Assembly: GCF_028641065.1 (NCBI RefSeq)
Contig: NW_026576158.1
Location: 62,001-126,000, forward strand
DNA length: 64,000 nt
Source: Leucoraja erinacea
Taxonomy: Eukaryota
Direction: 5' to 3'
A model generated the notes under the pieces. It had not been told where the DNA came from, made no database searches, and saw only the letters and a list, made by a program, of their open reading frames with translations. How positions within the stretch are numbered: the first letter of the stretch is position 1; every line of letters begins with the position of its first letter. The position numbers and the translations under genes are program-made. Positions 48,959 to 62,574 of this stretch are shown piece after piece.

Positions 48959-51900
48959 GGTCTCGTGGTTAAGTTCGGACGCAAACCTCTGCAGTGGCTT
49001 TTCCGTCACCTGCAACGGTTGAAGTGCCGTTCAAGGCGGATGGTGTGCCGAAAGCTGAGCTAAGGTTAGACCCTTAGGTTTCTTCCTTGGGCGCAGGGTA
49101 GGGTTACTGCCTTGCAGCGCCAGAGACCCGGGTTCGAACCTGACCACGGGTGTTGTCTTTACAGAATTTTGCACCTTCTCCCTGTCGCCTTCGTGGGTTG
49201 TTCTCCGGGCGCTCCGGTTCACTCCCACACTCCAAAGACGTAGGCTAGTTGGCTTGGGAAAAATTGTAAATTATTCCTAGTTTGTGTAGGCTAATGTTAG
49301 TGTGCGGGGATCGCTGCTGGGCGCGGACTCGGTGGGCCGAAGGGACTTATTCCGCGCAACATCTCAAGACGGAACGAAACCAAATTTAAGCGGCAGTCAT
49401 TTAACGCGAGTAAAGACCCGCTGGGTGTGTTTTTCGCTACTTCCTCTGACGTCATGTGTTGTCGTCTGTATTGGCGTTTACTCGGGCGAATGGGGGTGGG
49501 CGCATTCTTCTGTGGGGAGAAACATAGGAACATAGAAAATAGGTGCAGGAGTAGGCCATTCGGCCCTTCGAGCCTGCACCGCCATTCAATATGATCATGG
49601 CTGATCATCCAACCCAGTATCCTGTACCTGCCTTCTCTCCATACCCCCTGATCCCTTTAGCCACAAGGGCCACATCTAACACCCTCTTAAATATAGCCAA
49701 TGAACTGGCCTCAACTACCTTCTGTGGTAGAGAATTCTTTAGGGAGAGTTTCAGTTTGTCTATGCATCAATCCTTCCTCCCCACTTCACCCATTGAAAAT
49801 TAGCGCCGAAACAGGCCCTTCGGCCCATCACGCCGAGCGGCGATCTCTGCACACTAACGGTACTTAATAATAATAAATTCAATTAACCTACAAACCTGAG
49901 CGTCATTGGAGTGTGGGGGGGAAACCGGAGATCCCGGAGAAAACCCACACAGGTCAAACGGAAACTTCCGTACATATAATGCCCGTAGTCAGGATCGAAA
50001 CCGGGTTTCAGGCGCTGCAAGGTAGCAACTCTACCGCTGCGCCTCCGTGCTGGAATTGGCATTGGTACTGGTGTATTGGTACTGAGATACGGCGGAAACG
50101 TTGTTTTGCGCGCTATTTGGGCAGATCACACCCTGCACTAGTACAACAAAAGCATACATTAATGCAAATGGTGGTGTGAAGCGAGGAAGATTTGCGGAAT
50201 ATACTGTTGCAACACCGTTGGAAATGAAATAAATGAAATCTATGCAGAAGGTGCAACACATGTAGAAACCGTTACTATCATTGGGACTAGGGGGGAATAA
50301 GTGTTCGGCACGGACTAGAAGGGCCGATATGGCCTGTCTCCGTGCTGTAATTGTTATGTGGTTATATTGCAAATGAGGACGGAAAAATAATGCAGACCAT
50401 ATTGGAAGAGGAAAGACGAGACAAAAGGGAAATGGACATTGAACGTGCAAAAGGAAAGTGTGAAAAAATAAATAGTCCAAAGGAAGATGAAGCGAAAAAC
50501 CTTAGTAACGACTCGTGAACAATGGAACTGATGATCTCGGGTCTAGACACAAAACATCACCCGTGCCTTTCCCCCAGAGATGTTGCTTCAGCAACATCCA
50601 GCGTTTTGTTTTTATCTTTGCGAGAACTCAGCGAGCCAGGTGGCTGCTGTGGGGGAATGGTCAGGGTCCGTTTCTCGTGGGAAGCCTTCTTCAGAGGTGC
50701 CTTCAAATTCTGAGGAACGTTTCAGATCCGAAACGTCGTTGACCCACTTCCCTCCAGAGATGTTGCCTGACCCAGATAGTTCCTCCAGTTGCCCAGACAC
50801 CGGCATCTGCGTCTCCAAAGGACTCCGGAAGTAACACTCCACCTCACCACCGACTGTCCTTCCTGTTTCCGGTGTCAGTCTCCAGGTGCTGCTTGCCACT
50901 GTTGCCCATTAGACCTGTCTGCTGATCCTTCGTCAATAACTGCCTCCTCCGTGACCAGAACCACTTAAAAACCAAACCCGTAGACAAACTATTTTTTCAC
51001 GTTTGCAAAAGAGGGAAGAGGGCGCTGCATAATATCATGCGTGAAGGCGATTCGTTTAGATTTTATTAACGAGGGAACAAACGCAACGAAAGAGGGAACG
51101 AGGTTTAAATTTCCCTGTAGAGGGCCTGGATCTAGAGTATCGACACAAGGCGTCAACTATCCCTAGCGTCGACTATCGCTACAGATAGAAACATAGACAC
51201 ATAGAAAATAGGTGCAGGATTGGGCCATTCGGCCCTTCGAGCCTGCACCGCCATTCAATATGGTCATGGCTTATCATCCAACTCAGTATCCTGTACCTGC
51301 CTTCTCTCCATACCCTCTGATCCCTTTAGCCACAAGGGCCACATCTAACTCCCTCTTAAATATAGCCAATGAACTGTGACATCAACTACCTTCTGTGGCA
51401 GAGAATTCCACAGATTCACCACTCTGTGTGAAAAATGACTTTCTCCTCTCGGTCCTAAAAGATTTCCCCCTTATCCTTAAACTGTGGCCACTTGTTCTGG
51501 ACTTCCTCAACATCGGGAACAATCTTCCTGCATCTAGCCTGTCAAACCGCTTAAGATAGTCTTTCATCCACACCGTTTCTCCAGCAGTTTGTGTTTTTGT
51601 CCCAGTTCTTAATCTATTCATTAGTGAATTTACTCGTAGAATGCTGCTCTAGATTATAGACTGGCCATAATTATGTTATATTGTCGTTGGGGATAGGAGG
51701 CGATGTTGGCTGGGAAAAGATGGACAGAGCAGGGAGGCAAAAGGATGCATTGGGTGGCGGGGGCGGAAAGTAGTGACAAGAAGAAGGGAAGGAGAGGGTA
51801 AGCGAACTGTTGGATGGTGTTGAGACCTCTCAACTCCCCATCAACCATTATCTCAACCCCTATCGTAATTATACAGGATTATCGAAAGCTACAAGACAGA

Positions 51901-53928
51901 CGGCCCTTCAAACAACCGTGGCTATATTCAGGTGCGACAGAGGTTCACCTGCATCTCCTCCACCCTCATCTATTGCATCTATTTTCTCATCTCAGTCCTA
52001 AAAGATTTCCCCTTTATCCTTAAACTGTGTGACCCCTTGTTCTGGACTTCCAAAACATCGGGAACAATCTTGCTGCATCTAGCCTGTTCAACCCCTTAAG
52101 AATTTTGTAAGTTTCTATAAGATTGTATTGTATTGTATTGTATTGTATTGTATATCTTTATTGTCATTTCCTGAGTATTCACATACCCAGAGGAAACAAA
52201 AAAACATTGCACAACCAGTGTCCATTCAGTGTGCATTAAAAATAAATAGAAATAAAAATACATATATCATGAACAAATTTAACACTCTACTAAACATTCA
52301 ACGGGCGTTCCGATCGGCAGCGGCACGACAGTGGCTCTGCTGCAGTGTGTCCAGGTTGGTGGTTGGTGCATCTTCTAAATTCAAGCGAGTACAAGCCGGG
52401 GGGGGAGGGGGGGGGGGGGATATACCTGTCGAGGAAGGGGTTTGCGTGTGATTGGACGAATGAAACAAGTGGTTGCGGAGGGAGCGGTCACAAAGCTGTG
52501 ATTAGTGGTCGGAGCACGATGAAGGTGACGGACATATCGGAGCATGGTGTGTTGGTGGCGGATGCTGCTGGGGTGAAAGATAAATACCACCACAAAAAAA
52601 ACTGTCGTTATTGCGTCTGGGCGGATGAGGGGGGGGGGGGGGGGGCGATAACGACGAAAACATACTAGAAGATACGCGCGAAGGACCCATCTATGATAGA
52701 AGGCGTGAAACTACGTTCACCAAAGAACAGAGATATCTCGAATATCCTTGTATGCAAAACCTTATATTGGGTTGGAATTGTGGCGGAGATGGAGGAACTG
52801 GGAATAGGGGACAGCATCGTTGCAAGTGGCAGGGTTGGAGGAAATGTAATCCTGGCCACTCTGGGAGTCGGTCTGTACATAATAGAGGTCAGTGGGTAGT
52901 CTGTACCGTGTGATGGGGGTAGGTAGATCAAGAGAGGGAAGAGAGGTTTGAAAAACAGTGCGGGTGCGATTGTGGGCTGGGTGTAAGTTAGTGCTAACGT
53001 TAGTATGTCCATGAGATCTGCCCGGATGCAGGAGGTAGCCCCGACACACGTTGTTTCTAGTTCCTCCCCGCTTCAATGTCTGAATAAGGGTCACGAACGG
53101 AAAAATCACCTATCCGTTTTCCCTGCTCTACATCAGTGAGACCAAGCGTAGGCTTGGCCATCGCTTCGCCCAACACCTCCGCTCGGTTCGCAATAACCAA
53201 CCTGATCTACCGGTGGTTCAGCGCTTCAACTCCCCTCCCCATTCCGAATCCGACCTTTCTGTCCTGGGCCTCCTCCATGGCCAAAGTGAAGCCCCCAGTA
53301 AATTGGAGGAGCAGCGCCTCATATTCTGCTTGGGTAGTTTACACCCCAGCGGTGTAAACCCGAGGTGGCGCCATCGACTGTGGCAGCCTCGCCTGCAGTT
53401 GTTCGTCCTTCACCTCTTTTCTTATTTTTAGTTCGTCAAAAAGATTTGTTTTGGAGGCCTTTTAGTCTGTTTATGTGGGGGCTGGAGGGGGGGGGGGGGG
53501 GGGGGGGCGTTTTTTCAGCCCTTATCTGGGCGAGCGCATCATCGCCCCTTCCTCCCGGCCTACCATCTGGATTAGCGCGACCTTTCCTGTCGGAGTCCGG
53601 CCAGAGCTTCGAGCTGCAACTTCAGCGGCGCCGCAGCACTGAGGTAGCATCGCGGTGCGGGCGACGCCTTACCCGTGTCGCCGGGAGCACCGGAGTGCTG
53701 GGACTGCCGACTTCAACATCGTGGAGCTGTGGTCTGCGGAGCTTCCAGCCGCAGCGGCGCTGACCTCAACATCGCGGGTGCTGCTAAACGGTTGGGGGCT
53801 ACGTAAGATGGCCTCAGCTGGCTTAGTTTAGGAGTTAGGGTGATATTATTGACCAGTGGGACTTGGGCAAATCAAACGTCGTTAATAATAATCTTTTTCG
53901 CAGAGAAGAGGATTCTAAAGCCAGAGGA

Positions 53929-54650
53929 CATAGAAACATAGACACATAGAAAATAGGTGAAGGAGTTGGCCATTCGGCCCTTCGAGCCTGCACCACCATT
54001 CAATATGATCATGGCTGATCATCCAACTCAGTATCCTGTACCTGTCTTCTCTCCATACTCTCCTGATCTCTTTAGCCACAAGGGCCACATCTAACTCCCT
54101 CTTAAATACAGCCAACGATCTGTGGCCTCAACAACATTCTGTGGCAGAGAATTCCACAGATTCACCACTCTCTGTGAAAAAAATGATTTTCTCATCTCGG
54201 TCCTAAAATACTTCCCCCTTATCCTTAAACTGTGACCCCTTGTTCTTGACTTCCCCAACATCGGGAATAATCTTCCTGCATCTAGCCTGTCAAACCCCTT
54301 AAGAATTTTGTAAGTTTCTATAAGATCCCCCCTCAATCTTCTAAATTCTAGCGAGTACAAGCCGAGTCTATCCAGTCTTTCTTCATATGAAAGTCCTGAC
54401 ATCCCAAGAATCAGTCTGGTGAACCTTCTCTGTACTCCCTCTATGGCAAGAATGTATTTCCTCAGATTAGGAGACCAAAACTGTACGCAATACTCCAGGT
54501 TTGGTTTCGCCAAGACCCTGTACATCTGCAGTAGAACCTCCCTGCTCCTATACTCAAATCCTTTTGCTATGAATGCTAACATACCGTTCGCTTTCTTCAC
54601 TGCCTGCTGCACCTGCATGCCTACTTTCAATGACTGGTGTACCATGACAC
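53929..54650 (-). mobile_element. CR1 LINE fragment
   Basis: Same family. Confidence 0.9.
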
Positions 54651-54711
54651 GCAGGTAATGTTGGTGGCCAGGTGTTGGTGAGCTCTTGTTTGTGGTTTAT
54701 GATGACGGTGA

Positions 54712-54749
54712 GGTTTTTGTACAGTGTCGGGGAGTTTTGTAACGCCGTG
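54712..54749 (-). other. 22/23-type RSS
   Basis: CACGGCG + 22 nt + ACAAAAACC. Confidence 0.85.
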
Positions 54750-55054
54750 TATACGCAACGCACAGATATAAGTGGCGCTATCTTCGACCTCTGCATGAGA
54801 AATCACCAATTGGAAGACGTCATGAGTTTGGAAAAGGCGTCCGCTGAAGCGTCCCGTCCCAAATTTCCCATCCCTTGGCTTCGTGTTATCCAGATGCAGG
54901 ATCATCTGAGGTGCCTGGATCCGGTGCTGGCGGTACCAATACATCTCCGGGTAATCATAACTAGTGTTGTAATAGCAATTGAACTCAGGGTGGTCTCCTT
55001 CAATCGCCTCCATTTCGCGTTCACGCTGATGAACGGAATTCCCTTCAATTACAC
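54750..55054 (-). CDS. TRAV: TCR alpha/delta variable segment V exon (open frame; leader defective)
   Basis: VIEGNSVHQ...EGDHPEFNCYY...MYWYRQHRIQAPQMIL...GRFSG...LVISHAEVEDSATYICALR. Confidence 0.88.
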
Positions 55055-55110
55055 CTGGAGGGAATAATTCAATTCATCTCTTAATACAATTCCTCGTCGA
55101 CAAAGCTCAC

Positions 55111-55156
55111 ACCAGCAGCAGAAAAGTATACCCTAATCTACCAATAATATGTCCAT
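55111..55156 (-). pseudogene. Leader exon with in-frame stop (MDILLVD*GILFCCW)
   Basis: 46 nt phase-1 exon, donor T|GTGAGC, TAG at codon 8; 56-bp intron. Confidence 0.65.
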
Positions 55157-55189
55157 CGGTATTGAGGGGATGGCGTCATGGAAAGTCAT

Positions 55190-56330
55190 AGTCATAGAGT
55201 ATCACAGTGTGGAAACAGGCCCTTCGGCCGAACTCGCCTATACTGGCCAACAATGTCTCTGCTATCGTCGCCACACTTGACAGCGCTTGGCCCATAACCC
55301 TCAAAACCTGTCCTGTCAATGTACCTGTCCAAATGTGTCTTAACCATTTAAGTGGTCCAATGTACCTGTCCAAATGTTTCTTAACCATCCCAGTCTTAAC
55401 TACCTCACCTGGCAGCTTGCTTGTTTCATATACCTACCACCCTATGTGTGAAAAAGTTACCCCTCTGATTCTATTAAATCCTGTCCCCTTCGCCTTGAAC
55501 CCATGTCCTCTGGTCCTCGACTACCCTACTCTGTGTAAACATTCTGTGCAACTACCCGATCTATTCGTCTTATGATTTTGTATACTTCTGTAAAACCCCT
55601 CACCCTCCTACGCTCCATGGAATAGAGACCCAGCCTACTCAACCTCTCCCTGTAGCTCACACCCTCTAGTCCTGGCAACATCCTTGTAAATCTTTTCTGA
55701 ACCCTTTCAAGCTTCACAATATATTTCCCATAACACGGTGCCCAGAAGTGAACACAATATTCTAAACGTGGTCTCGCCAACGTCTTATAGAACTGTAACA
55801 TGACCCCCCAACTTCTATACACTATTAGAAACATAGAAATTAGGTGCAGGAGTAGAGGCCATTCGGCCCTTCGAGCCTGCACCGCCATTCAATATGATCA
55901 TGGCTGATCATCCAACTCAGTATCCCATACCTGCCTTCTCTTCATACCCTCTGATCCCCTTAGCCACAAGGGCCACATCTAACTCCATCTTAAATATAGC
56001 CAATGAACTGGCCTCGACTACCCTCTGCGGCAGAGAGTTCCAGAGATTCACCACTCTCTGTGTGAAAAAAGTTCTTCTCATCTCGGTTTTAAAGGATTTC
56101 CCCCTTATCCTTAAGCTGTGACCCCTTGTCCTGGACTTCCCCAACATCGGGAGCAATCTTCCTGCATCTAGCCTGTCCAACCCCTTAAGAATTTTGTAAG
56201 TTTCTATAAGATCCCCTCTCAATCTCCTAAATTCTAGAGAGTATAAACCAAGTCTATCCAGTCTTTCTTCATAAGACAGTCCTGACATCACAGGAATCAG
56301 TCTGGTGAACCTTCTCTGCACTCCCTCTAT
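55190..56330 (-). mobile_element. Two adjacent CR1 fragments
   Basis: ORFs 55526-55888 and 55917-56321. Confidence 0.85.
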
Positions 56331-57780
56331 TCTAGCGCTCTTGACATAAATGCTAGCATTGCTTCGTTACTACCAATTCAACTGGCAGATTAAACCTTTT
56401 GGGAATCCTGCTACACTGCCCAGTCCATCATCGGCTCTGATCTTCCTTCCATCGAGGAGATTTATCGCAGTCGCTGCCTCAAAAAGGCTGGCAGTATCAT
56501 CAAAGACACACACCATCCTGGACACACACCCATTACCTGATACCTTCAGGTAGAAGGTACAGGAGCCTGAAGACTGCAACAACCAGGTTCAGGAATAGCT
56601 AAAAGGTACACAAAATTGCTGGGGAAACTCAGCGGGTGCAGCAGCATCTATGGAGCGAAGGAAATAGGCGACGTTTCGGGCCGAAACCCTTCTTCAGACT
56701 GATCTGGAATTCAGGAATTCAGGAATAGCTACTTCCCCTCAGACATCAGGATATTAAACCTGGCTCGGACAAAACTCTGATTATTAACAACCACTTTCTG
56801 TTATTTGCACTTTACCAGTTTATTTATTCATGTGTGTATATATTTATATCATGGTATATGGACACATTTATCTGTTTTGTAGTAAACGCCTACTATTTTC
56901 TGTGTGCTTAAACAAAGCACGAATTTCATTGTCCTATACAGGGACACATGACAATAAACACACTTGAACTTGAATTTGAACATGAACTGCACCCTTTGCA
57001 CTTCCGAATTATAGGTTCTCTCCCCATTTAGGAAATAGCCCACGCCTTTATTCCTACTATCAAAATGCATGACTACGCATTTTGCTACACAATATTCCAT
57101 CTGCCACTTCTCTGACCACTCACTCAGCCTGTCCGTGTCTTTCTGCAATATCCCTGCTTTCTCTACTCCACCTGCCCCTCTACCTATTTTCCTATCTTCC
57201 GCAAACGTGGCCACAAATCCTTCAATCCCCTCGCCCAAATCATTAATACACAACCCGAGGAGTAGCGGCTCTAGCACCGACCCCTGCGGAACTCCTCTCG
57301 TCACTGGCAACCAACAAAATAACGAGGGACTTTCGGAACGTGAACGCTCGTAGTCGAAATCTACAATTAATAAAAAGGAACGCAAGTATTAATTTACCTA
57401 TTAATAAGACGACGTGGAGCAGACCAAAAAGAGTCATTATTAAACTGCCAGCGATTTTTTTCCGGGTCTGAATTGCACCGTGTGCGAACGGCTGTCCGAC
57501 GCGCTTCAGCTGAGTTCCCCTCGATGTCAATGGCCGAAATGCAGCGGATCCGAACCTCAATGCAGTCAGGCGCAGGCGCGGAATTGAATGACCCACTAAC
57601 TCACCGACTCATCTCGCTGGTGGTTCAACTCTGAACCGCCGGCTACATTGAAACACACGTGTCCCATAAAGACTTCGCGACAGCGTTGTCTTCCTCTCTG
57701 CCGACTTTATTTGCGATGTGCAATTAAAGGCTAACAATTTCAAAGACACATCGCGGTCTTTAGCAGTAACTCACAACACG

Positions 57781-59872
57781 TCCTGGGATGTCAGGACTTC
57801 CATATGAAGAAAGACTGGACTGACTCGGCTTCTACTAGAAACATAGAAATTAGGTGCAGGAGTAGGCCATTCGGCCCTTCGAGCCTGCACCGCCATTCAA
57901 TATGATCATGGCTGATCATCCAACTCAGTATCCCGTACCTGCCTTCTCTCCATACCCCCTGATCCCCTTAGCCACAAGGGCCACATCTAACTCCCTCTTA
58001 AATATAGCCAATGAAGTGGCCTCAACTACCCTCTGTGGCAGAGAGTTCCAGAGATTCACCACTCTCTGCGTGAAAAAACTTCTTCTCATCTCGGTTTCAA
58101 AGGATTTCCCCTTTATCCTTAAGCTGTGACCCCTTGTCCTGGACTTCCCTAACATCGGGAACAATCTTCCTGCATCTAGCCTGTCCAACCCCTTAAGAAT
58201 TTTGTAAGTTTCTATAAGATCCCCTCTCAATCTTCTAAATTCGAGAGAGTATAAACCAAGTCTATCCAGTCTTTCTTCATAAGACAGTCCTGACATCCCA
58301 GGAATCAGTCTGGTGAACCGTCTCTGCACTCCCTCTATGGCAATAATGTCCTTCCTCAGATTTGGAGACCAAAACTGTACGCAATACTCCAGGTGTGGTC
58401 TCACCAAGACCCTGTACAACTGCAGTAGAACCTCTCTGCTCCTATGCTCAAATCCTTTTGCAATGAAAGCTAACTCGGCTAGAATTTAGAAGATTGAGGG
58501 GGGATCTTATAGAAACTTGCAAAATTCATAAGGGTTTGGACAGGCTAGATGTAGGAAGATTGCTCCCGATGTTGGGGAAGTCCAGGACAAGGGGTCACAG
58601 TTTAAGGATAAAGGGGAAACCCTTTAGGACCGAGACGAGAAAAACATTCTTCACACAGAGAGTGGTGAATCTCTGGAACTCTCTGCCACAGAAGGTAGTT
58701 GACGCCAGTTCATTGGCTATATTTAAGTGGGAGTTAGATGTGGCCCTTGTGGCTGAATCGATCAGGCGGTGTGGAGAGAAGGCAGGTACAGGATACTGAG
58801 TTGGATGATCAGCCATGATCATATTGAATGGCGGTGCAGGCTCGAAGGGTCGAATGGCCTACTCCTGCACCTATTTTCTATGTTTCTATGTTTCTATGTT
58901 CGCCCATATGTGGCGGTTGTTTGAGTCTATGTTTAATCTTAAGGTAGATGTGTATCTTTTTGCTTTTTGTGTGTGATTGTAGCAATTCAAATGTCACTAT
59001 ATCTCGGTATACGTGGCTATAAAGTACCATTGAACAATTGACAATTCGCGATGAACGACAAGCTACTGCCCAGATCATATTTCCTTCAGTATATTCGAAG
59101 CAAGCAAATGCAAGTAGAAGGTGTTAGAGTTTTATTTCAAAATTATGTACTGCACAACTTGAATAAAACAGACAAACATTGATGTTGGACGCACAAAGCT
59201 GCACTAACTTTAGCGGCACAGGCAGCATCTAAAGAGAAAATGAATAGGTCGGGACGGTTCTTCAGACATTCTCTCCCTAGCAGTTGTACAGGGTCTTGGT
59301 GTGACTACACCTGGAGTATTGCTCACAGTTTTGGGGAAACTGATCTGAGGAAGGACATTCTTGCCATAGAAGTAGTACAGAGAAGGTTCACCGGACTGAT
59401 TCCTGGGATGGCAGGACTGTAATATGAAGAAAGATTGGATAGACTCGGCTTGTGCTCGCTAGAACTAAGAAGATTGATGGGGGATCTTATAGAAACGTGC
59501 ACAATTCTGAAGGGGTTGGACAGGCTAGATGCAGGAAGATTGTTCCCGATGTTGGGGGAGTCCAGAACGAGGGGTAACAGCTTAAGGATGAAGGGGGAAA
59601 TCTTTTAGGACCGAGAGGAGAAAAAAAATTCACACAGAGAGTCGTGAATCTGTGGAATTCTGTGCCACAGAAGGTAGTTGAGGCCAGTTCATTGGCTATA
59701 TTTAAGAAGGAGTTAGATGTGGCCCTTGTGACTAAAGGGATCAGGAGGTACGGAGAGAAGGCAGGGATGGGATACTGAGTTGGATGATCAGCCATGATCA
59801 TATTGAATGGCGGTGCACGCTCGAAGGGCCGAATGGCCTACTCCTGCACCTATTTTCTATGTTTCTATGTTT
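57781..59872. mobile_element. Nested and duplicated CR1 fragments
   Basis: A minus copy (~57836-58472) is inserted in a plus copy (57781...58900); a further plus copy at ~59280-59872. Confidence 0.82.
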
Positions 59873-60430
59873 CTGTGTTCGTCCATATGTGGTGGTTGTT
59901 TAAGTCAATGTTTAATCTTAAGGTGGATGTGTATCTTTTTTTGTATGATTGTAGCAATTCAAATGTCACTATATCTCGGTATACGTGGCCATAAAGTGCC
60001 ATTGAACAATTGACAATTCGCGATGAACGACAACCTACTGCCCAGATCATATTTCCTTCAGTATTTTCGAAGCAAGCAAATGCAAGTAGAACGTGTTTGA
60101 GTTTTATTTCACAATTATGTACTGCACAACTTGAAAAAAACAGACAAACACTGATGTTGGACACCAAAACCTGGAGTAACTTAGCGGCACAGGCAGCATC
60201 TAAAGAGAAAATGAATAGGTCGAGACCCTTCTTCTGACATTCCCTCCCTATCCCTCATCCCAACAAAAAGTGACGTTAAGGTTATAGCAAATAATTAGAA
60301 GACGTTTACATTAATACAAATACCTGACAATTACTTGTAATTCACAAATGCACCTAATTTAATAGACTCTAATTTTTGTCGTTTCAAAGCATAATTATTG
60401 AATGCAAGACACACATTTGTATCATTCCCA

Positions 60431-61338
60431 CTATTTGAACCACTTTCTGACCGTATTGAAGGGATATTTTACCGCACCCTTCAACTGCTCCCGGAATTTA
60501 GTCTGAGTCCCTGCATAGATACACGAGTTGGTGCAGGAACTGAGGATTTCCAGCATGTATCCGCTTTCTTGAAGGATAAACCTTGGGTCATTTGCATTGG
60601 AAGCGTTCGCATAGTCGTTGGGTGTGAATTGTACAAACAGAAAATTGGCGATGTATGTAATTCGCAACAAGATAAAAGTACTCGAGATTGCCAAAAGTAA
60701 AATGATCGACTTCCTTCTGCTTTCCATCTCCGGGTCATTCTGCTTATCGCCATTGCTCTGGGCTCGGAGCCTCTTGCGGGCTCTGCTGGCCGCTAGAATG
60801 AATCTGATGGTCGCGATGTTGAACATGAGAATGAGAATGAACGGCACGCATGGGTTGAGCATACGGTGCAGCCATTCGTAGAATCTCCACGACACAGAAG
60901 TATAATAGACTTCTTTAATTGTGCAATACCATGGGACTTTATTAATGACGTACTTGGGTTTATATTCAAAATAAAATGGGATATTCTTGAAACAGACCAG
61001 CACACAAATTGTTCCAATCACGGCGGCCGCAATTTTCTCGGTGCAATACCTCAGTTTCAGCTTTTGGCAGCAAATGGCGACGAACCGATCGAAGGTGAAG
61101 GCGACTGTTAGCCAGGCGGAAGAGTCCTTGGAAACCCAACTGAAGGCGATGACGAGATTGCAGTACGGGAGAGTGGACAGGAAACTGACCGGGAGGTAAA
61201 TGGGCCGGAGCCGGCTCAATATCACAGCGGTGATGATGGCCAGGAAATCCGTCGCCGCCATGAATACCAGGTAGCGAGTGATGCACTTCGAGAGGCCACA
61301 TCTTCCTTGGGAAAGAATCAGAATGGTCACCAAGTTCG
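60431..61338 (-). CDS. GPR139-like class A GPCR gene 2, exon 2
   Basis: Acceptor ctccaacag|CG; close paralogue of gene 1 with the same motifs; open frame (325 aa with exon 1). Confidence 0.92.
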
Positions 61339-62504
61339 CTGTTGGAGAAGAGGTAGAGATGGGAGCGATTATTAATCGGGCTACTGATTAAGTTATTTAT
61401 GGTAAATACGACTCGTGTTTTTGACAATTAGTTCAGCAATTAAGACCGATCGTTTTATCGATGGACACTTTTCCGCACAGAAGCACGGTTCTCCCAATCA
61501 CGTCGCGATCACCTGTTAAATTAGACAGATATATGGATCGTGGAAACGGGGTCTTTGGTCCAACGAATCCTCATGCGCCAACGTCCGGGTGGCGCAGCGG
61601 TAAAGCAGCTGCCTTGCCGCGCCAGACACCGGGGTTCAATCCTGACTACGCGTGCTGTGCGTACGGAGTTTGTTCATTCGTCCCCTGACCGCGTGGGGTC
61701 TCTCAGAAAAAGAATGTTGTTTTCATCTCGGTACTAAAAGACTTCTCCCTTAACCGTAAACTGTGAACCCTTTTTCTGGACTTCCCCAACATCGGGAACA
61801 ATCTTCTTGCATCTAGCCTGTCCAACCCCTTAAGAATTTTGTAAGTTTCTGTAAGACCCCCCCCCCCCCCCTTCCCCCTCAATCTAGTAAATTCCAGCGA
61901 GTACAAGCCGAGTCTATCCAGTCATTCTTCATATGACTGCCCTGCCATCCCAGGGATCAGTCTGGTGAATCTTCTCCGTACTCCCTCCATGGCAAGAATG
62001 TATTTCCTCAGATTAGGAGACCAAATCTGTACGCAATACTCCAGGCAAAGAGCGAGACGTGGCCACGGGCATTGATACACGTGTCCTGTCAGCAAAAAAA
62101 AAAAGGTTAAAGGGAGTTAGAAATTTAGTTTCAATGATTCCTGTAACCGAGGGATTTGCATTTGGCAGCAAGGTTAGCAAATCCTTGCTGCCAGCTGCAC
62201 AGCAAGGGACACCCAAAGATGCCTCGTTTCGTTTGCATGCCTTGTTTCTGGAAAGACTGTTGGTTTTGACTAAAAAATATTGAACTACGAGACAAACCCA
62301 ACCGGACCGGCAGCATCTGTGGAAGAAAATGGACCAATTACATTTATTCTTTTCACGAAGATATCGCAACGAAAAATCAGTAGGGAGCAGCGGTGCTGCA
62401 CTTCCGAAGTCTGAAAAAAAAAGAAATCGAAAAATCTCGATTAGCAAGCAATGCGGAAAGGTGAAACATTGTAAGCGCGCCTGTTCATCTACCGTCAACA
62501 TTAC

Positions 62505-62574
62505 CTGGAACACCAAACACCGCGAGAATAGTATAATAAATAGCATACACCGGAGCGTTTCCAGGCGCGTGCAT
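62505..62574 (-). CDS. GPR139-like GPCR gene 2, exon 1 (MHAPGNAPVYAIYYTILAVFGVP)
   Basis: 70 nt, donor G|GTAATG; same size and phase as in gene 1. Confidence 0.85.
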
